A stretch of 64,000 bases of DNA from Gemmatimonadota bacterium (GCA_003222085.1 QHUK01000048.1:1460-65459), one strand, 5' to 3'; shown: positions 1 to 9,300, counted from the stretch's first letter. Notes: generated by a model not told the origin, from the sequence alone. Translations and numbers: made by a program.

Positions 1-23
1 TTTGCCGCGCGACTTTGGAAGTT

Positions 24-48
24 GGAGGTTCGAGTCCTCCCGCCCCAG
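24..48 (+). tRNA. 3' fragment of a tRNA (T-arm plus acceptor 3' strand), most like tRNA-Gln; not an intact gene within the window
   Basis: GGAGG-TTCGAGT-CCTCC is a perfect T-arm, followed by CGCCCCA-G as in bacterial tRNA-Gln (5' TGGGGCG). Bases 1-23 do not form a normal anticodon arm plus variable loop. Confidence 0.6.
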
Positions 49-232
49 TTCGCCAGTTCGGATTCCGAGTCGGCCGACTTCGATTCCTCATCATCGTCCG
101 AGTTGCCGCCTTGGCTCCGGTCCTCCCAGGCGCCTCAAGCGCCTCTTGCGCCGCGGGTCCCAGCCGGCACTTTGGTAACAGGCGAGTGCCATCGGCGAGC
201 GCAGCACACTTCGTCAGGGAGGAGGCAGGGCC

Positions 233-1369
233 ATGGAACGGAATGGGACTTGGACGCGGCGAGACTTTGTTCGCGCCGGCTCGTGCGCAGGGGCTGTTGT
301 GCTGCTCGGGTCCTCCCGAGCCCGTGGGCTCGGGCGCTGGGTTGCTGCGCCGCGTGGGAGCGCGCCGCCCGTCGTCGACCGCCTGGCGGTGCGCGTCGTC
401 GTCGACAACGCGCAAGATGCGCTCCAGCGGTCGGCGCGGGTGGGCAACGTAGAGGTCGAGCGCGTGGGCATGATCATGGAGCCCGACCTCGGACGCCAGG
501 TGGTGAGCCAGTTCGGGCTGGGGTATCATCTCGAGTCTCGGCGGGGGGACGAGACGCGGAATTTTCTGCTTGACTTCGGCCCGACCGCCCAGAGTGAGCT
601 CGAGAATCTCGATCTCTTCAAGATCGACACCGCCGCGGTCGACGCGCTCATCATGAGCCACGGCCACTTCGATCACTTCGGCGGGCTCATGCCGCTCCTG
701 GAACGGGACCGTGCGAAGATGCGTCGGGACTTGCCGCTCTACGTCGGGGGCGAGGATGCGTTCTGTTACCGCTGGTTTGAGCGCCCGAATGGCGAGCGGA
801 AGAGCGCCGGCGTGGTGAGCCGGAGCGCCCTCGACGGCGCGCACGTGCGCCTGGTGATGGCGGACCAGGCCGCGGTCATCGCAGGGCAGGCGTTCACCAC
901 CGGGGCGATTCCGCGGAACAGCTTCGAGCAGGTCTTGCCGTCCACCAAGGTCGAGGTTGGTGTGCGGGGCGGTGCGGGCTGCGACGCCTCTCACTTCACG
1001 CCCGAAGAGCGCGCGGGGAAGATCGTGTTCGACCGGTTCCCCGGCGAGCACGCCACCTGCTTCAACGTCAAGGACCGCGGCCTCGTGATCCTCTCCTCGT
1101 GCAGCCACTGCGGGATCATCAACACGATCCGACAGGCGCAGGCCGTGTCGGGCCAGACCAAGGTTCATGCGGTGATGGGGGGCTTTCACCTGAGCGTCGC
1201 CCCACAGGATTACGTCGCACAGACCGTCCAGGCCTTGAAGGACATCGATCCTGACTACGTGATCCCGATGCACTGCAGCGGCGCGACGTTCACGTGGATG
1301 GTGCGCGACGCGCTGCCCGGCAAGCTCATCATGTCCTACACCGGGACGCGATTCGCTTTCGGAGGTTGA
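233..1369 (+). CDS. Tat-exported MBL-fold metallohydrolase (COG1237-like)
   Basis: RBS GGAGGAGG; TRRDFV twin-Arg signal; SHGHFDHFGG HxHxDH motif; SSCSHCG, GGFHL and PMHCSG motifs. Confidence 0.85.
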   Translation: MERNGTWTRRDFVRAGSCAGAVVLLGSSRARGLGRWVAAPRGSAPPVVDRLAVRVVVDNAQDALQRSARVGNVEVERVGMIMEPDLGRQVVSQFGLGYHLESRRGDETRNFLLDFGPTAQSELENLDLFKIDTAAVDALIMSHGHFDHFGGLMPLLERDRAKMRRDLPLYVGGEDAFCYRWFERPNGERKSAGVVSRSALDGAHVRLVMADQAAVIAGQAFTTGAIPRNSFEQVLPSTKVEVGVRGGAGCDASHFTPEERAGKIVFDRFPGEHATCFNVKDRGLVILSSCSHCGIINTIRQAQAVSGQTKVHAVMGGFHLSVAPQDYVAQTVQALKDIDPDYVIPMHCSGATFTWMVRDALPGKLIMSYTGTRFAFGG

Positions 1370-1424
1370 GCGGGGCGCCGGGCGGTTCTCGGGATGCCTT
1401 CCGGGCGCAGCAATTCGTCGTCCC

Positions 1425-1538
1425 GGAGTGCTGTACCTCGTCAGCGGCCGCAATCTCCGGGTGTCCGTGATCGCGCACGGCACGACGGACTCCGTCGGCT
1501 TTCTCCTGCTCTTTCTGGGGAAGTACCCCGGGTCATGA
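1425..1538 (+). pseudogene. C-terminal remnant of a CPBP (CAAX protease/Abi) family membrane metalloprotease
   Basis: Translates GVLYLVSGRNLRVSVIAHGTTDSVGFLLLFLGKYPGS*, resembling the final H-containing motif and last TM helix of CPBP proteins; N-terminal part absent. Confidence 0.55.
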
Positions 1539-1539
1539 C

Positions 1540-1791
1540 TTGACCGGCGAAGCCCCTGAGCTCGTCACCGTCTTCCAGACCGCGAACCCGATCTCGCTGG
1601 CACTCGCGAAGGGGGCGCTCGAATCCGAGGGCGTACCGTTCGTGACCCAGGGCGAGGGGCTACAGGACTTGATCGGGCTCGGGCGATTCCCTGGGGGCTT
1701 TAACGTCGCCGCGGGCCCGGTGAAGATCCTGGTCGACGCCGGCGACGCCGAGCGCGCCCGGGACGCGCTCGCGGACATCGACAACTCCTGA
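1540..1791 (+). CDS. DUF2007-like (putative signal-transducing) small protein
   Basis: LVTVF...ALAKGALESEGVPF...GPVKILVDAGDAERAR pattern; TTG start. Confidence 0.7.
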   Translation: MTGEAPELVTVFQTANPISLALAKGALESEGVPFVTQGEGLQDLIGLGRFPGGFNVAAGPVKILVDAGDAERARDALADIDNS

Positions 1792-1946
1792 GCAAAATCT
1801 CGTTGCCTGTCGGCAACGGAGCGCGTGTTGCGACGGCGCACGAGTGTGGCGCTGCCGCGGTGTTGCCGCATTGCGACGCGTGGATCGGAGTTGCGTGCGT
1901 CGCTTCGACAGTCGACGCGACCGTTGACCCTTCTTACCTTGCCGGC

Positions 1947-3386
1947 ATGCATCCAGAATCGCGCCTTCGACGAGCGTGGTTCGCGCGAATCGGCGGAACA
2001 CACTCGCTGCCATTTCCGACGACGAGTCAGGACACGGCCCCTGGAGACGGTGGCGTACAGACGGCCGCAGGCGCTGCCCCTGTCGTAGCGCCCCGGCGGC
2101 TGCGGTGGGACACGCTGCAGGTGGTTCTGACCCTCCTCGTGCTCGTGCAGGTGTGGCGCATCCAGGACCTGTTTCCCGGGATTGCGATGCCGGGCCTTCC
2201 CGTGCTGGGCACGGTCGCAGTGCTGTTCCTGCTGGGGCTGGATCAGGATCCGCGGCGCAGATTGGACACCCTCGAGCAGTCCGTCGTCCGCGCCGCGCTC
2301 GCGTTACTTCTGTTCGCCACCCTCTCGATTCCGGGCAGCCTCTATCCCCGATACAGCGTGATCTTCGTGGTCACGGACTACCTGCGGAGCGTCGCGTTGA
2401 TGCTTATGATCGCCGCCAGTGTTCGCGGCGTCGGCGATCTGCGGCGGCTGGCCTGGCTCCAGATCGTGGGCGTCACCCTCTTCTGCGCAGTCAGCTTGGC
2501 GCGCGGCCAGGTCGACGTCGACGGTCGACTCGTTGTAAACGCGTACTACAATTCGAACGACCTGGCGTTGTTGATCGTCAGCACGTTGCCACTCACCCTC
2601 TACGTTTGGCGCCGGCCGACAGGTCTGGTGGGTCGGGCAGTGGTGCTCGCCGCTACCTCGTGCGTCGTGATGACGTTGGGACGCACCGGCTCGAGGGGGG
2701 GGTTCTTGGCGTTCGTGGTGGTGGCGGGCTACCTGTTGGCGGGATTTCGCGGCATTGCCACGTCGAAGCGGCTCGCCGCTGTGGCGCTCCTCGCGATTCT
2801 GCTCGTCGCCCTCGCGAGCGACCGCTACTTCGCACGCATGCAAACCATTCTGCATCCTTCAGCGGATTACAACTGGCGCGGGAAATCCGAGACCGGTCGG
2901 ATGGAGATATGGAAACGCGGCATCGACTACATGCTGACAAATCCCGTCCTTGGAGTCGGGGCGGGTGCGTTCCCGATGGCAGAAGGCACTCTGGCGCCGG
3001 AGGCCCGCGAGCTGCGGCAGTACGGCAGGGAGTTCAAGTGGTCCGCGGCCCACAACCCGTTCATCCAAATCGGCGCCGAGCTCGGCGTCCTCGGCCTCAT
3101 AGCGTTTATCGCGCTACTCGTTGGAGCGTTCCGCACGCTCGCGAAGGTCCGGCGCGGGCCGCCCGCGGAGGCCGCCGTGTTGGCGCAGATCCTCACCGCC
3201 TGCCTCGTCGGGTTCCTCGTGGGTGCGCTCTTTTCATCTATGGCGTATGCCCCTTACTTGTACATGCTCCTCGGGATGATCGTCGGGCTGGCGCGCACAG
3301 CGGCTCCGAGGCAGGGACACGTGCTTGGTGCGGGGCCAGGCTTGAGCCGCTCGGCCCCGGATCTGATGGGCGTCCCGCAGTTCTGA
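1947..3386 (+). CDS. O-antigen ligase/Wzy-like polytopic membrane protein
   Basis: Many TM helices; YNSNDLAL, TGSRGGFL, RMEIWK, NPVLGVGAG and AHNPFIQIGAELGVLG motifs. Start at ATG 1947, 6 nt after a TACCTT -10-like hexamer. Confidence 0.85.
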   Translation: MHPESRLRRAWFARIGGTHSLPFPTTSQDTAPGDGGVQTAAGAAPVVAPRRLRWDTLQVVLTLLVLVQVWRIQDLFPGIAMPGLPVLGTVAVLFLLGLDQDPRRRLDTLEQSVVRAALALLLFATLSIPGSLYPRYSVIFVVTDYLRSVALMLMIAASVRGVGDLRRLAWLQIVGVTLFCAVSLARGQVDVDGRLVVNAYYNSNDLALLIVSTLPLTLYVWRRPTGLVGRAVVLAATSCVVMTLGRTGSRGGFLAFVVVAGYLLAGFRGIATSKRLAAVALLAILLVALASDRYFARMQTILHPSADYNWRGKSETGRMEIWKRGIDYMLTNPVLGVGAGAFPMAEGTLAPEARELRQYGREFKWSAAHNPFIQIGAELGVLGLIAFIALLVGAFRTLAKVRRGPPAEAAVLAQILTACLVGFLVGALFSSMAYAPYLYMLLGMIVGLARTAAPRQGHVLGAGPGLSRSAPDLMGVPQF

Positions 3387-3419
3387 CCGGACCCTTGACC
3401 CGGCCCCACCCCCGCGGCT

Positions 3420-4781
3420 TTGTTTGACAGAGGCCTTACCTACGCGGTCTGCATGGTCCTGCCGCTCGCTGTGCTCTTGCTCCAAGTCCCCCAGGCGTCC
3501 GCTGCCCCGCCGGCCGACGCGCGACCGGTGCGTGTCTGGCTCGGCTCGAGCGGTGCCCTCACCCGCGGCACTCCAGTCCGGGTCTACGTGCAAGCGGCGC
3601 AAGACGGCAACCTGATCGTGCTACACCGCCGCACCGACGGCCGCATCGACGTGCTGTTCCCCGGCAACCCGAACGCCGACCCCTTCGTCCGGGCGGGCAC
3701 CTACGAGATCCAGGCGACTCCAAGCCGCGTCGCCTTCGTGGTCGCGGAGCCCGATGGCTCGGGACTCGTGCTCGCCGCCCTGGCGCCCCGGGCGTATCGG
3801 TTCGATGAGTTCGTGCGCGCCGCTGCCTGGGACCCCGACGCCCTCGCACCGTCTTGGGACGGCTCGGACGGCGAGGGCGTTCTCTCGGACATCGTGCAAC
3901 GCATGCTCGGCGACGGCTATTTCAATTACGACATCGCGACCTATACCGTCGCGCCGCCCGTCTACGCGATGCAGCAGGACACAGGCGTCCAATATCCGAT
4001 GTACCCGACGTGCACCGATTGCACGTTCATCGGGTTCCAACAGAACGTGTTCGAGTGCCTCGCGCTGTGCGATCCGTTCTGGTCGCCCTGCATCGCGGAC
4101 GGGTGGTTCCACCAGCGCGGCCGGCGGCCCGACGCGGCACCTGCCGCGGCGCCGAGCCGCACGCTCGCGCTGTCGATGCGGGGATCGTCCGCCGGCGTGA
4201 TTCCGCGGGACGGGAGGGCCGCGGGCCGGTCGCCCACTGGGCTCAACCGCCCGATCCAACCCCGCGGGCGGGATCCGGTCCTTCTTCCCCGTGGACAGGC
4301 GAGTCTCGCGATCCGCGCGGTGCCGCTCGGGCTTGGGCGATCCCGGCGCCCGAGCGCAGCGGTACGCCCAGCAGACGCGACACGGCGCCGCACCGTGAGC
4401 GCGCCGGCCGAGCCGGTGCCCGGGCAGGGGCGGGTGGCGAGCCTGACCCTCACACCCACCCGCGTGCGGGAAGAGCCGGTCGAAGCGCCCAGGAGCAGCG
4501 GTTCACTCGCGCTGACTGGGCTAACCGTAGCACCGCCCGTCCAGCCGGCAACACGCTCGCGGTCGCCCGTGTCGCGGCGGGAGACGTTCGCTCTCCAGGC
4601 GACTGCTCCGATGATCGTTTCGGGGGAACGGGGACTGGCGGTGGCTGGAAGCGGATCGAGGGCGGGAGGGGAAGCGGCGGCGCCGGCGCCGGGACGCATC
4701 CAGGCGGTCGCGCTCCCACCCGCGATCTTCCACGGGGCCCAGGCGCGCGTGCCCGCACGTATCGCTGTTCGGCGACGCTGA
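3420..4781 (+). CDS. Secreted DUF4384-like domain protein with Cys-rich segment and low-complexity tail
   Basis: Signal peptide; VRVYVQAAQDGNLIVLHRRTDGRIDVLFP N-terminal domain; CTDC...C...C...C; Pro/Arg/Ala-rich C-terminus; start uncertain. Confidence 0.65.
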   Translation: MFDRGLTYAVCMVLPLAVLLLQVPQASAAPPADARPVRVWLGSSGALTRGTPVRVYVQAAQDGNLIVLHRRTDGRIDVLFPGNPNADPFVRAGTYEIQATPSRVAFVVAEPDGSGLVLAALAPRAYRFDEFVRAAAWDPDALAPSWDGSDGEGVLSDIVQRMLGDGYFNYDIATYTVAPPVYAMQQDTGVQYPMYPTCTDCTFIGFQQNVFECLALCDPFWSPCIADGWFHQRGRRPDAAPAAAPSRTLALSMRGSSAGVIPRDGRAAGRSPTGLNRPIQPRGRDPVLLPRGQASLAIRAVPLGLGRSRRPSAAVRPADATRRRTVSAPAEPVPGQGRVASLTLTPTRVREEPVEAPRSSGSLALTGLTVAPPVQPATRSRSPVSRRETFALQATAPMIVSGERGLAVAGSGSRAGGEAAAPAPGRIQAVALPPAIFHGAQARVPARIAVRRR

Positions 4782-4783
4782 CG

Positions 4784-4834
4784 GACGCTACGTCGCTACG
4801 TCGTACGACGTGCTTCATCGGACAACGTAGCGTC
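4784..4834. terminator. Inverted repeat between convergent genes (possible terminator)
   Basis: GACGCTACGT (4784-4793) / ACGTAGCGTC (4825-4834), with tandem CGCTACGT units; no U-tract. Confidence 0.35.
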
Positions 4835-4851
4835 GTACCGTCGTGAGTCGG

Positions 4852-5274
4852 TTACTGGCCTACCGTAAAGTCGATTCTCTTCAGCACCCCGCCCGCCGCA
4901 TCTCTTACCTCGACGTGCCAGGCTCCGGTCCAATCGGTGGGCACCGTCTTGCGGCTCCAAGTGCGCCAAGGCGATCCCGCCACCTGCAGCTCGACGTCGC
5001 CCACCTGCGTGTCGCCGTGGAACCACACGTGGTGGATGCTCGAGCCGCCGGCGCCCTCCACCTTGGTCCAGCAATTCAGCTGACCCACGTCCACGGGGAA
5101 GGTGGCGCCGGTATCCTGCGGCTGCCGATCCACGACCGACCGCGCGACCACCGCCTCTACGACCGTCACCTGAGGCGCGGCCGCGGCGGGTGCGGCGGCC
5201 TGGGTGGTGTCCTGCGCGGCGAGTCCCCGCCCGAGGAGCAGGGCCGACGCGGCGATCATAGCCATGCGCTTCAT
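4852..5274 (-). CDS. Secreted DUF2914-like protein
   Basis: Signal peptide ...LAA-Q; IHHVWFHG, WRTWSRK and GAWHVEVRD motifs. Confidence 0.8.
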   Translation of the reverse strand: MKRMAMIAASALLLGRGLAAQDTTQAAAPAAAAPQVTVVEAVVARSVVDRQPQDTGATFPVDVGQLNCWTKVEGAGGSSIHHVWFHGDTQVGDVELQVAGSPWRTWSRKTVPTDWTGAWHVEVRDAAGGVLKRIDFTVGQ

Positions 5275-5549
5275 GACGGCTCTCCTTCAGAAGGTGTTCC
5301 TTGTACGGCGCGCCGGCGGCGATGTTCCAGCCATGCGCCCAACGTCGCCGCGATCACGGTCCCGGCCGCGGCCCCACCGAGCTGAAACCTCGCCTGGTAC
5401 TCGCGCTGCCGCCCGGCGCACTTGCCGGAGAACAACGCGCCCACCATGGCTCCACACGATCCTTGGATCGTCGTGAAGTAGTGACCCGCGCCCGCGCCGA
5501 ACAGGACCGGCAGCGAGCACAGAACGAGGTGACGGAGAAAGATCTTCAT
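5271..5549 (-). CDS. Small 2-TM membrane protein with Cys pair in its loop (alternative start 5639)
   Basis: MKIFLRHLVLCSLPVLFGAG...C...C...TVIAATLGAWLEHRRRR; stop overlaps next start; in-frame ATG at 5639 overlaps the upstream stop. Confidence 0.6.
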   Translation of the reverse strand: MKIFLRHLVLCSLPVLFGAGAGHYFTTIQGSCGAMVGALFSGKCAGRQREYQARFQLGGAAAGTVIAATLGAWLEHRRRRAVQGTPSEGEPS

Positions 5550-5635
5550 GGCGAGCCCATGACGTGAAGGAAGAAAACGTGCTGGGACGGTCCGCTCGAT
5601 GACGGTGCTCACAGTCCTCGGGGTCGCATGTCGGG

Positions 5636-6742
5636 TCATCGCCCCCGCTCGACCTTCCAGCGATCGACCACCCGTGCCGCGTCCCCCGTCCCTCTCACGA
5701 CCTGGTACTGGTCGAAGTGGGCGACGGCGAGACACGAGTGGTTCGGGATGATCTCGAGCTGCTCCCCGACTGCGAAGCGACCATCGAGCGCCGCTGGAGA
5801 TTCGGCGCGGATCATGCCGTGTTCCTGTGAGAGCGTGGCGACCGTCAGCTCGGGCGACCCGCGCACCGCGCCCATCGCCTCCGGGGCCACGTGCGCTGGC
5901 CCGGGATCCTTCGACAGCTCGAGCGCGCCGGCGTCGACGATGAAGTGCGCCGCCCCCGGTTGATGCGACACGACCGTTGCGAGCACCGTCACGCCGACGT
6001 CTGCGGGCTCGCAGCACCCGATCAGGACCATCGTTCGGTCGTAAAACACATAGTTGCCGGGGCGCGCTTCGGTCACGCCGGCGAGGTTCTGGGCGGCCGC
6101 CATCGCCGGCGTCGAGCCGACACTCACCTCTCGCACGGGGACGCCGGCTTCGCGGAGGCGTCCGGCGAACCCGACCATGATGCTGCGCTCCTGCTCCGCC
6201 ACCCGGGCCGCTTCCGCCTTGCTCGTGGTGCGGTAGGCATGACCGGAGTGGCTCAGGAGACCGTCGAACACGAGCCCCCGCTCGTTCCCCAATTCGGCGG
6301 CGACCTTCAGGGCGTAGGGTGATCCCGGGTCCACGCCCGCCCGGTGATACCCGCAGTCCACCTTGAGCCACACGTGCAGTCCCGACTCCGCGAGCGCGCG
6401 CGCCGTGTTCTGGTCGTCGACGACGACACGCAGGGTCGCGCCCGTCTCTGCCGCGATGCGGCACGCATGGGGCACGTGGCTCGGATCAATGGGAAACGCC
6501 CAGGTGAGGTCGCCGAACCCGGCGCGCGCGAACACTTCCGCCTCGACCAACGTCGACACCGTGAGCCCCCGGGCGCCGCGCCCCAGCTGCAGGCGAGCGA
6601 GCTCCACGCACTTGTGCGTCTTGGCGTGCGGCCGCAGGGCGACACCGAGCTGTCGAGCACGCGCGGCCATACCCGCGAGATTGCGCTCGACGACATCTAG
6701 GTGGAGCAGGAGGGCCGGGGTTTCAACGTCGTAGACGTTCAC
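5636..6742 (-). CDS. Fold-type III PLP enzyme, D-threonine aldolase/DSD1 family
   Basis: ETPALLL, RPHAKTHK (PLP Lys), HRAGV, GSTP, EARPGNYVFYD, SQEHG, PNHSC; GTG start. Confidence 0.9.
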   Translation of the reverse strand: MNVYDVETPALLLHLDVVERNLAGMAARARQLGVALRPHAKTHKCVELARLQLGRGARGLTVSTLVEAEVFARAGFGDLTWAFPIDPSHVPHACRIAAETGATLRVVVDDQNTARALAESGLHVWLKVDCGYHRAGVDPGSPYALKVAAELGNERGLVFDGLLSHSGHAYRTTSKAEAARVAEQERSIMVGFAGRLREAGVPVREVSVGSTPAMAAAQNLAGVTEARPGNYVFYDRTMVLIGCCEPADVGVTVLATVVSHQPGAAHFIVDAGALELSKDPGPAHVAPEAMGAVRGSPELTVATLSQEHGMIRAESPAALDGRFAVGEQLEIIPNHSCLAVAHFDQYQVVRGTGDAARVVDRWKVERGR

Positions 6743-6743
6743 G

Positions 6744-6771
6744 TTTCCCCTTTCCCGTTTCCCCTTTCCCG
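6744..6771 (-). repeat. Four-heptamer array (CGGGAAA/GGGGAAA)x4 filling the intergenic space; single arm
   Basis: Plus strand TTTCCCC TTTCCCG TTTCCCC TTTCCCG lies between a TAA stop and a GTG start; same unit as at 14271 and 16855. Confidence 0.9.
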
Positions 6772-8127
6772 TTATTTCACGACGTGGAACTCCGTCTGGC
6801 GCCGCAGGATCCAGTGCATCCCGCCGTCGGCCCCGAGCTCCGCGTCCTCTTCCTGCGCGGACCGCACCGGCTGGTTGCCCCATTCCGGCGATGGCGTCGT
6901 GGCCTGGAGCTCGATGGAGAACCAGGTGTTGGGAATCAGGGTGACGTCCCCGCGTCCGGGCACGCCCTCTTGGTGGTCCCACAGACCGATGAGCGGCCCG
7001 GCGCCGTGCCCGCGGTCGCCGATCGGGTGGGTGTAGATCGTGCCGGTGATCCCGGCCGACCGCATCGCCTGCAGTGCGGCGGCGAGTACCTCGTTACCCG
7101 TCCGCCCCGGCCGCATCTCGGTGAGCAGGATGTCCTGCAGCCGGTTGGAGTTCTTGAGGGCCTGCTTCAAACCCTCCGGGACGTCACGCTCGCCGGGCCG
7201 CAGCACGTAGCCCATGTGCTGGGTGTCGGTGTTCAGTCCCAGCGCGGTGATGCCGAAGTCGCAGTGCAGCACGTCGCCGCGCTGGATCACGACGGCCCCG
7301 GAATCCGAGAGGTCGACACCCCGCCGCTGTACGTCCACGTCGGTGTGGAACCAGGTGCCGAACCCGAGATCGTTCACCCGTTGACGCATCCACCACGCGA
7401 CGTCGTCGGTGGTGGTCTTGCCGGGCGTGACGACCTTGCTCGAGAACGCGGTATCGATGGTCCCCCAGACGACCTGCATCAACCGCCGGTACGCGGGGAG
7501 CATTGCCGGCGCCCGGATCTCCTGGTACTCGAGCGGCAGGCTCTCGGCGCGCACGACGCGGGCCCGGTACCGCTCGGGGAGCGCGGCCTGAAGCTGCTCC
7601 CACTCGCCAGCCGACAGCCCGTCCGAAAAGGCGTGGGTGTGCGAGATGTCCACGGCAATGCTCTGTGGGTCGCGTTCCTCGATCACCCGCCGGAGGAGAT
7701 CCCACTGCGCTTGTCCCACCAGCTCGGGGCGGCGGCCGATCGAGGGATCGATCGCCTCTCTCGCGTGGTAGGCTTCGTACAGCCCGCCCTGTGACGTGCC
7801 GCCGAGCGCGAGCCGCTCGACGCCCCGGTCCGGCCCGCGATCGAAGAAGACGTAGATCGTGCGCCGCCGCGCGAAGAACGCGGTGGCCGAGACGAGCGAC
7901 CAGAACACCGGGTCCTCGTTGTACTCGCGCATCGGCACGACCCACATGGCGACCTGATGCTGGCGCATCAGCCGCGGCAGCACCGAGTCGAGCCGATAGC
8001 GCAGCCACTCCTGCTGGAGGGCCGCCTGCTCCCGCAGGGTGCCGAGCGGTCGTCCCGGCGATGTGGTGAGCGGGAGGACGGGGGCCTGGAGGAGGACGGT
8101 CGAGACGACGAGAGTGGCGAAGATCAT
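6772..8127 (-). CDS. M24 family (Xaa-Pro aminopeptidase-like) exported metallopeptidase
   Basis: Signal-like N-terminus; GDVLHCDFG...TD, THPIGDRGHGAG, SIE and EED metal-ligand motifs. Confidence 0.85.
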   Translation of the reverse strand: MIFATLVVSTVLLQAPVLPLTTSPGRPLGTLREQAALQQEWLRYRLDSVLPRLMRQHQVAMWVVPMREYNEDPVFWSLVSATAFFARRRTIYVFFDRGPDRGVERLALGGTSQGGLYEAYHAREAIDPSIGRRPELVGQAQWDLLRRVIEERDPQSIAVDISHTHAFSDGLSAGEWEQLQAALPERYRARVVRAESLPLEYQEIRAPAMLPAYRRLMQVVWGTIDTAFSSKVVTPGKTTTDDVAWWMRQRVNDLGFGTWFHTDVDVQRRGVDLSDSGAVVIQRGDVLHCDFGITALGLNTDTQHMGYVLRPGERDVPEGLKQALKNSNRLQDILLTEMRPGRTGNEVLAAALQAMRSAGITGTIYTHPIGDRGHGAGPLIGLWDHQEGVPGRGDVTLIPNTWFSIELQATTPSPEWGNQPVRSAQEEDAELGADGGMHWILRRQTEFHVVK

Positions 8128-8177
8128 GTCGAGTGCAACGCTCCGAGGGGGTATCGATCACAACTCTTCGCGGTCGT

Positions 8178-8573
8178 TCAGTCGAGCCGGCGACCCTTCA
8201 CTTCGATGCGGCGGTAGCGCTCGATGCGGCCGGACCCTCCGACGAACGCGGAGGCGAACCAGCTCGTCAGTCCCACGACGATGGACCCGAGGATCGCGGC
8301 GCCGAGGCCCGAGAGCGCGAAGCCCGGCATGATCCACGCAACCAGGGCGAGCGAAATCCCGTTCACGACCAGAATGAACAGCCCCAGCGTCAGCACCGTG
8401 AGCGGGAGCGTGAGGATGAGGATGATCGGCCGGATGACGGCGTTGACGATGCCGAGCAGCAGTGCCGCCACGACCAGGTTGCCCCAGCCGTCGATCCGGA
8501 CGCCCGGGACGACGGTCGCCGCGGCCCAAAGCCCGAGCGCGGTGATCACGAGGCGGAAGCAGAACCCCGTCAT
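8178..8573 (-). CDS. 4-TM phage holin superfamily IV / YvlD-like membrane protein
   Basis: ALLLGIVNAVIRPILILTLPLTVLTLGLFILVVNG signature. Confidence 0.85.
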   Translation of the reverse strand: MTGFCFRLVITALGLWAAATVVPGVRIDGWGNLVVAALLLGIVNAVIRPIILILTLPLTVLTLGLFILVVNGISLALVAWIMPGFALSGLGAAILGSIVVGLTSWFASAFVGGSGRIERYRRIEVKGRRLD

Positions 8574-8585
8574 GCGCTCAACATA

Positions 8586-9068
8586 CTAGCGTGCCGCCCG
8601 CCGCGCCCGGCCGGCCACGAAGCGGGCGGTCACTCCGGGGCGCACCTGCACGCCGAGCTGGGCGTCGAACAGGATCGCGCCCACGAGCGAGTCGCCCACG
8701 CGCGACGCGCCCACGCCGGCGAACGGCCCCAGGTCTGCCGGCCAGCCGTAGATCAGGGCCTGCTCCGGGGACCCGTACCAGGTCACGGCGAGCGTTTCGG
8801 CCCGCGGCACCGCGAAAACCAGGGTGCCCTTGAAGCGACACGTCCGGCCGACCGCGACGCGCGCCGTATCGAGTATCACGTCGGTGAGTTTGAAGCGATC
8901 GCCCATTTCAGGCAGCGTGACGGTGTCGCCCCGCGCCACCACCCAGTGGCCGACGTAGGCTTGCGAGAAACGCGCGCGCAGGTGCATCTCCGACGCGCCA
9001 CACGGATTCGTCGGCCCACACGCGGCGAGCGCGGCGAGCAGGGTGGACGTCAGGGGGTGAGGCCTCAC
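8586..9068 (-). CDS. Hypothetical lipoprotein
   Basis: Lipobox LAALAA-C; start overlaps upstream stop. Confidence 0.65.
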   Translation of the reverse strand: MRPHPLTSTLLAALAACGPTNPCGASEMHLRARFSQAYVGHWVVARGDTVTLPEMGDRFKLTDVILDTARVAVGRTCRFKGTLVFAVPRAETLAVTWYGSPEQALIYGWPADLGPFAGVGASRVGDSLVGAILFDAQLGVQVRPGVTARFVAGRARRAAR

Positions 9069-9286
9069 GGGGAGACACTGTCCGTGGCGCGAACCCGAGC
9101 GCTCGCGGAATCCGCCGCCCGCATCGCGCGCCCCACGCCGCTCGCGCCGGGGATCCGTGACTGCGCGAGGATCGAATCCCGCTGGCGCTCGGTCAGGGAG
9201 TCACGACCGGTGGCGGATTTGGCCGGTTTGCCGCCGGAACATGCCGCGAGGAGCGCGAGGGCCAGGGTGAGCGAGCGGGTGCGCAT
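9065..9286 (-). CDS. Small hypothetical lipoprotein
   Basis: RBS GGAGG; lipobox LLAA-C; 73 aa. Confidence 0.75.
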   Translation of the reverse strand: MRTRSLTLALALLAACSGGKPAKSATGRDSLTERQRDSILAQSRIPGASGVGRAMRAADSASARVRATDSVSP

Positions 9287-9300
9287 TGGGCCTCCGATGG

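Noticed and set aside
1-48. Intact tRNA gene
   Set aside because: Only the T-arm and acceptor 3' strand fit. The CTTTGGA stretch lacks a paired stem at the right spacing, and the 5' part would lie outside the window.
8178-8573. Holin as evidence of a prophage
   Set aside because: This 4-TM family is common in chromosomes; no endolysin, integrase or structural genes are nearby.
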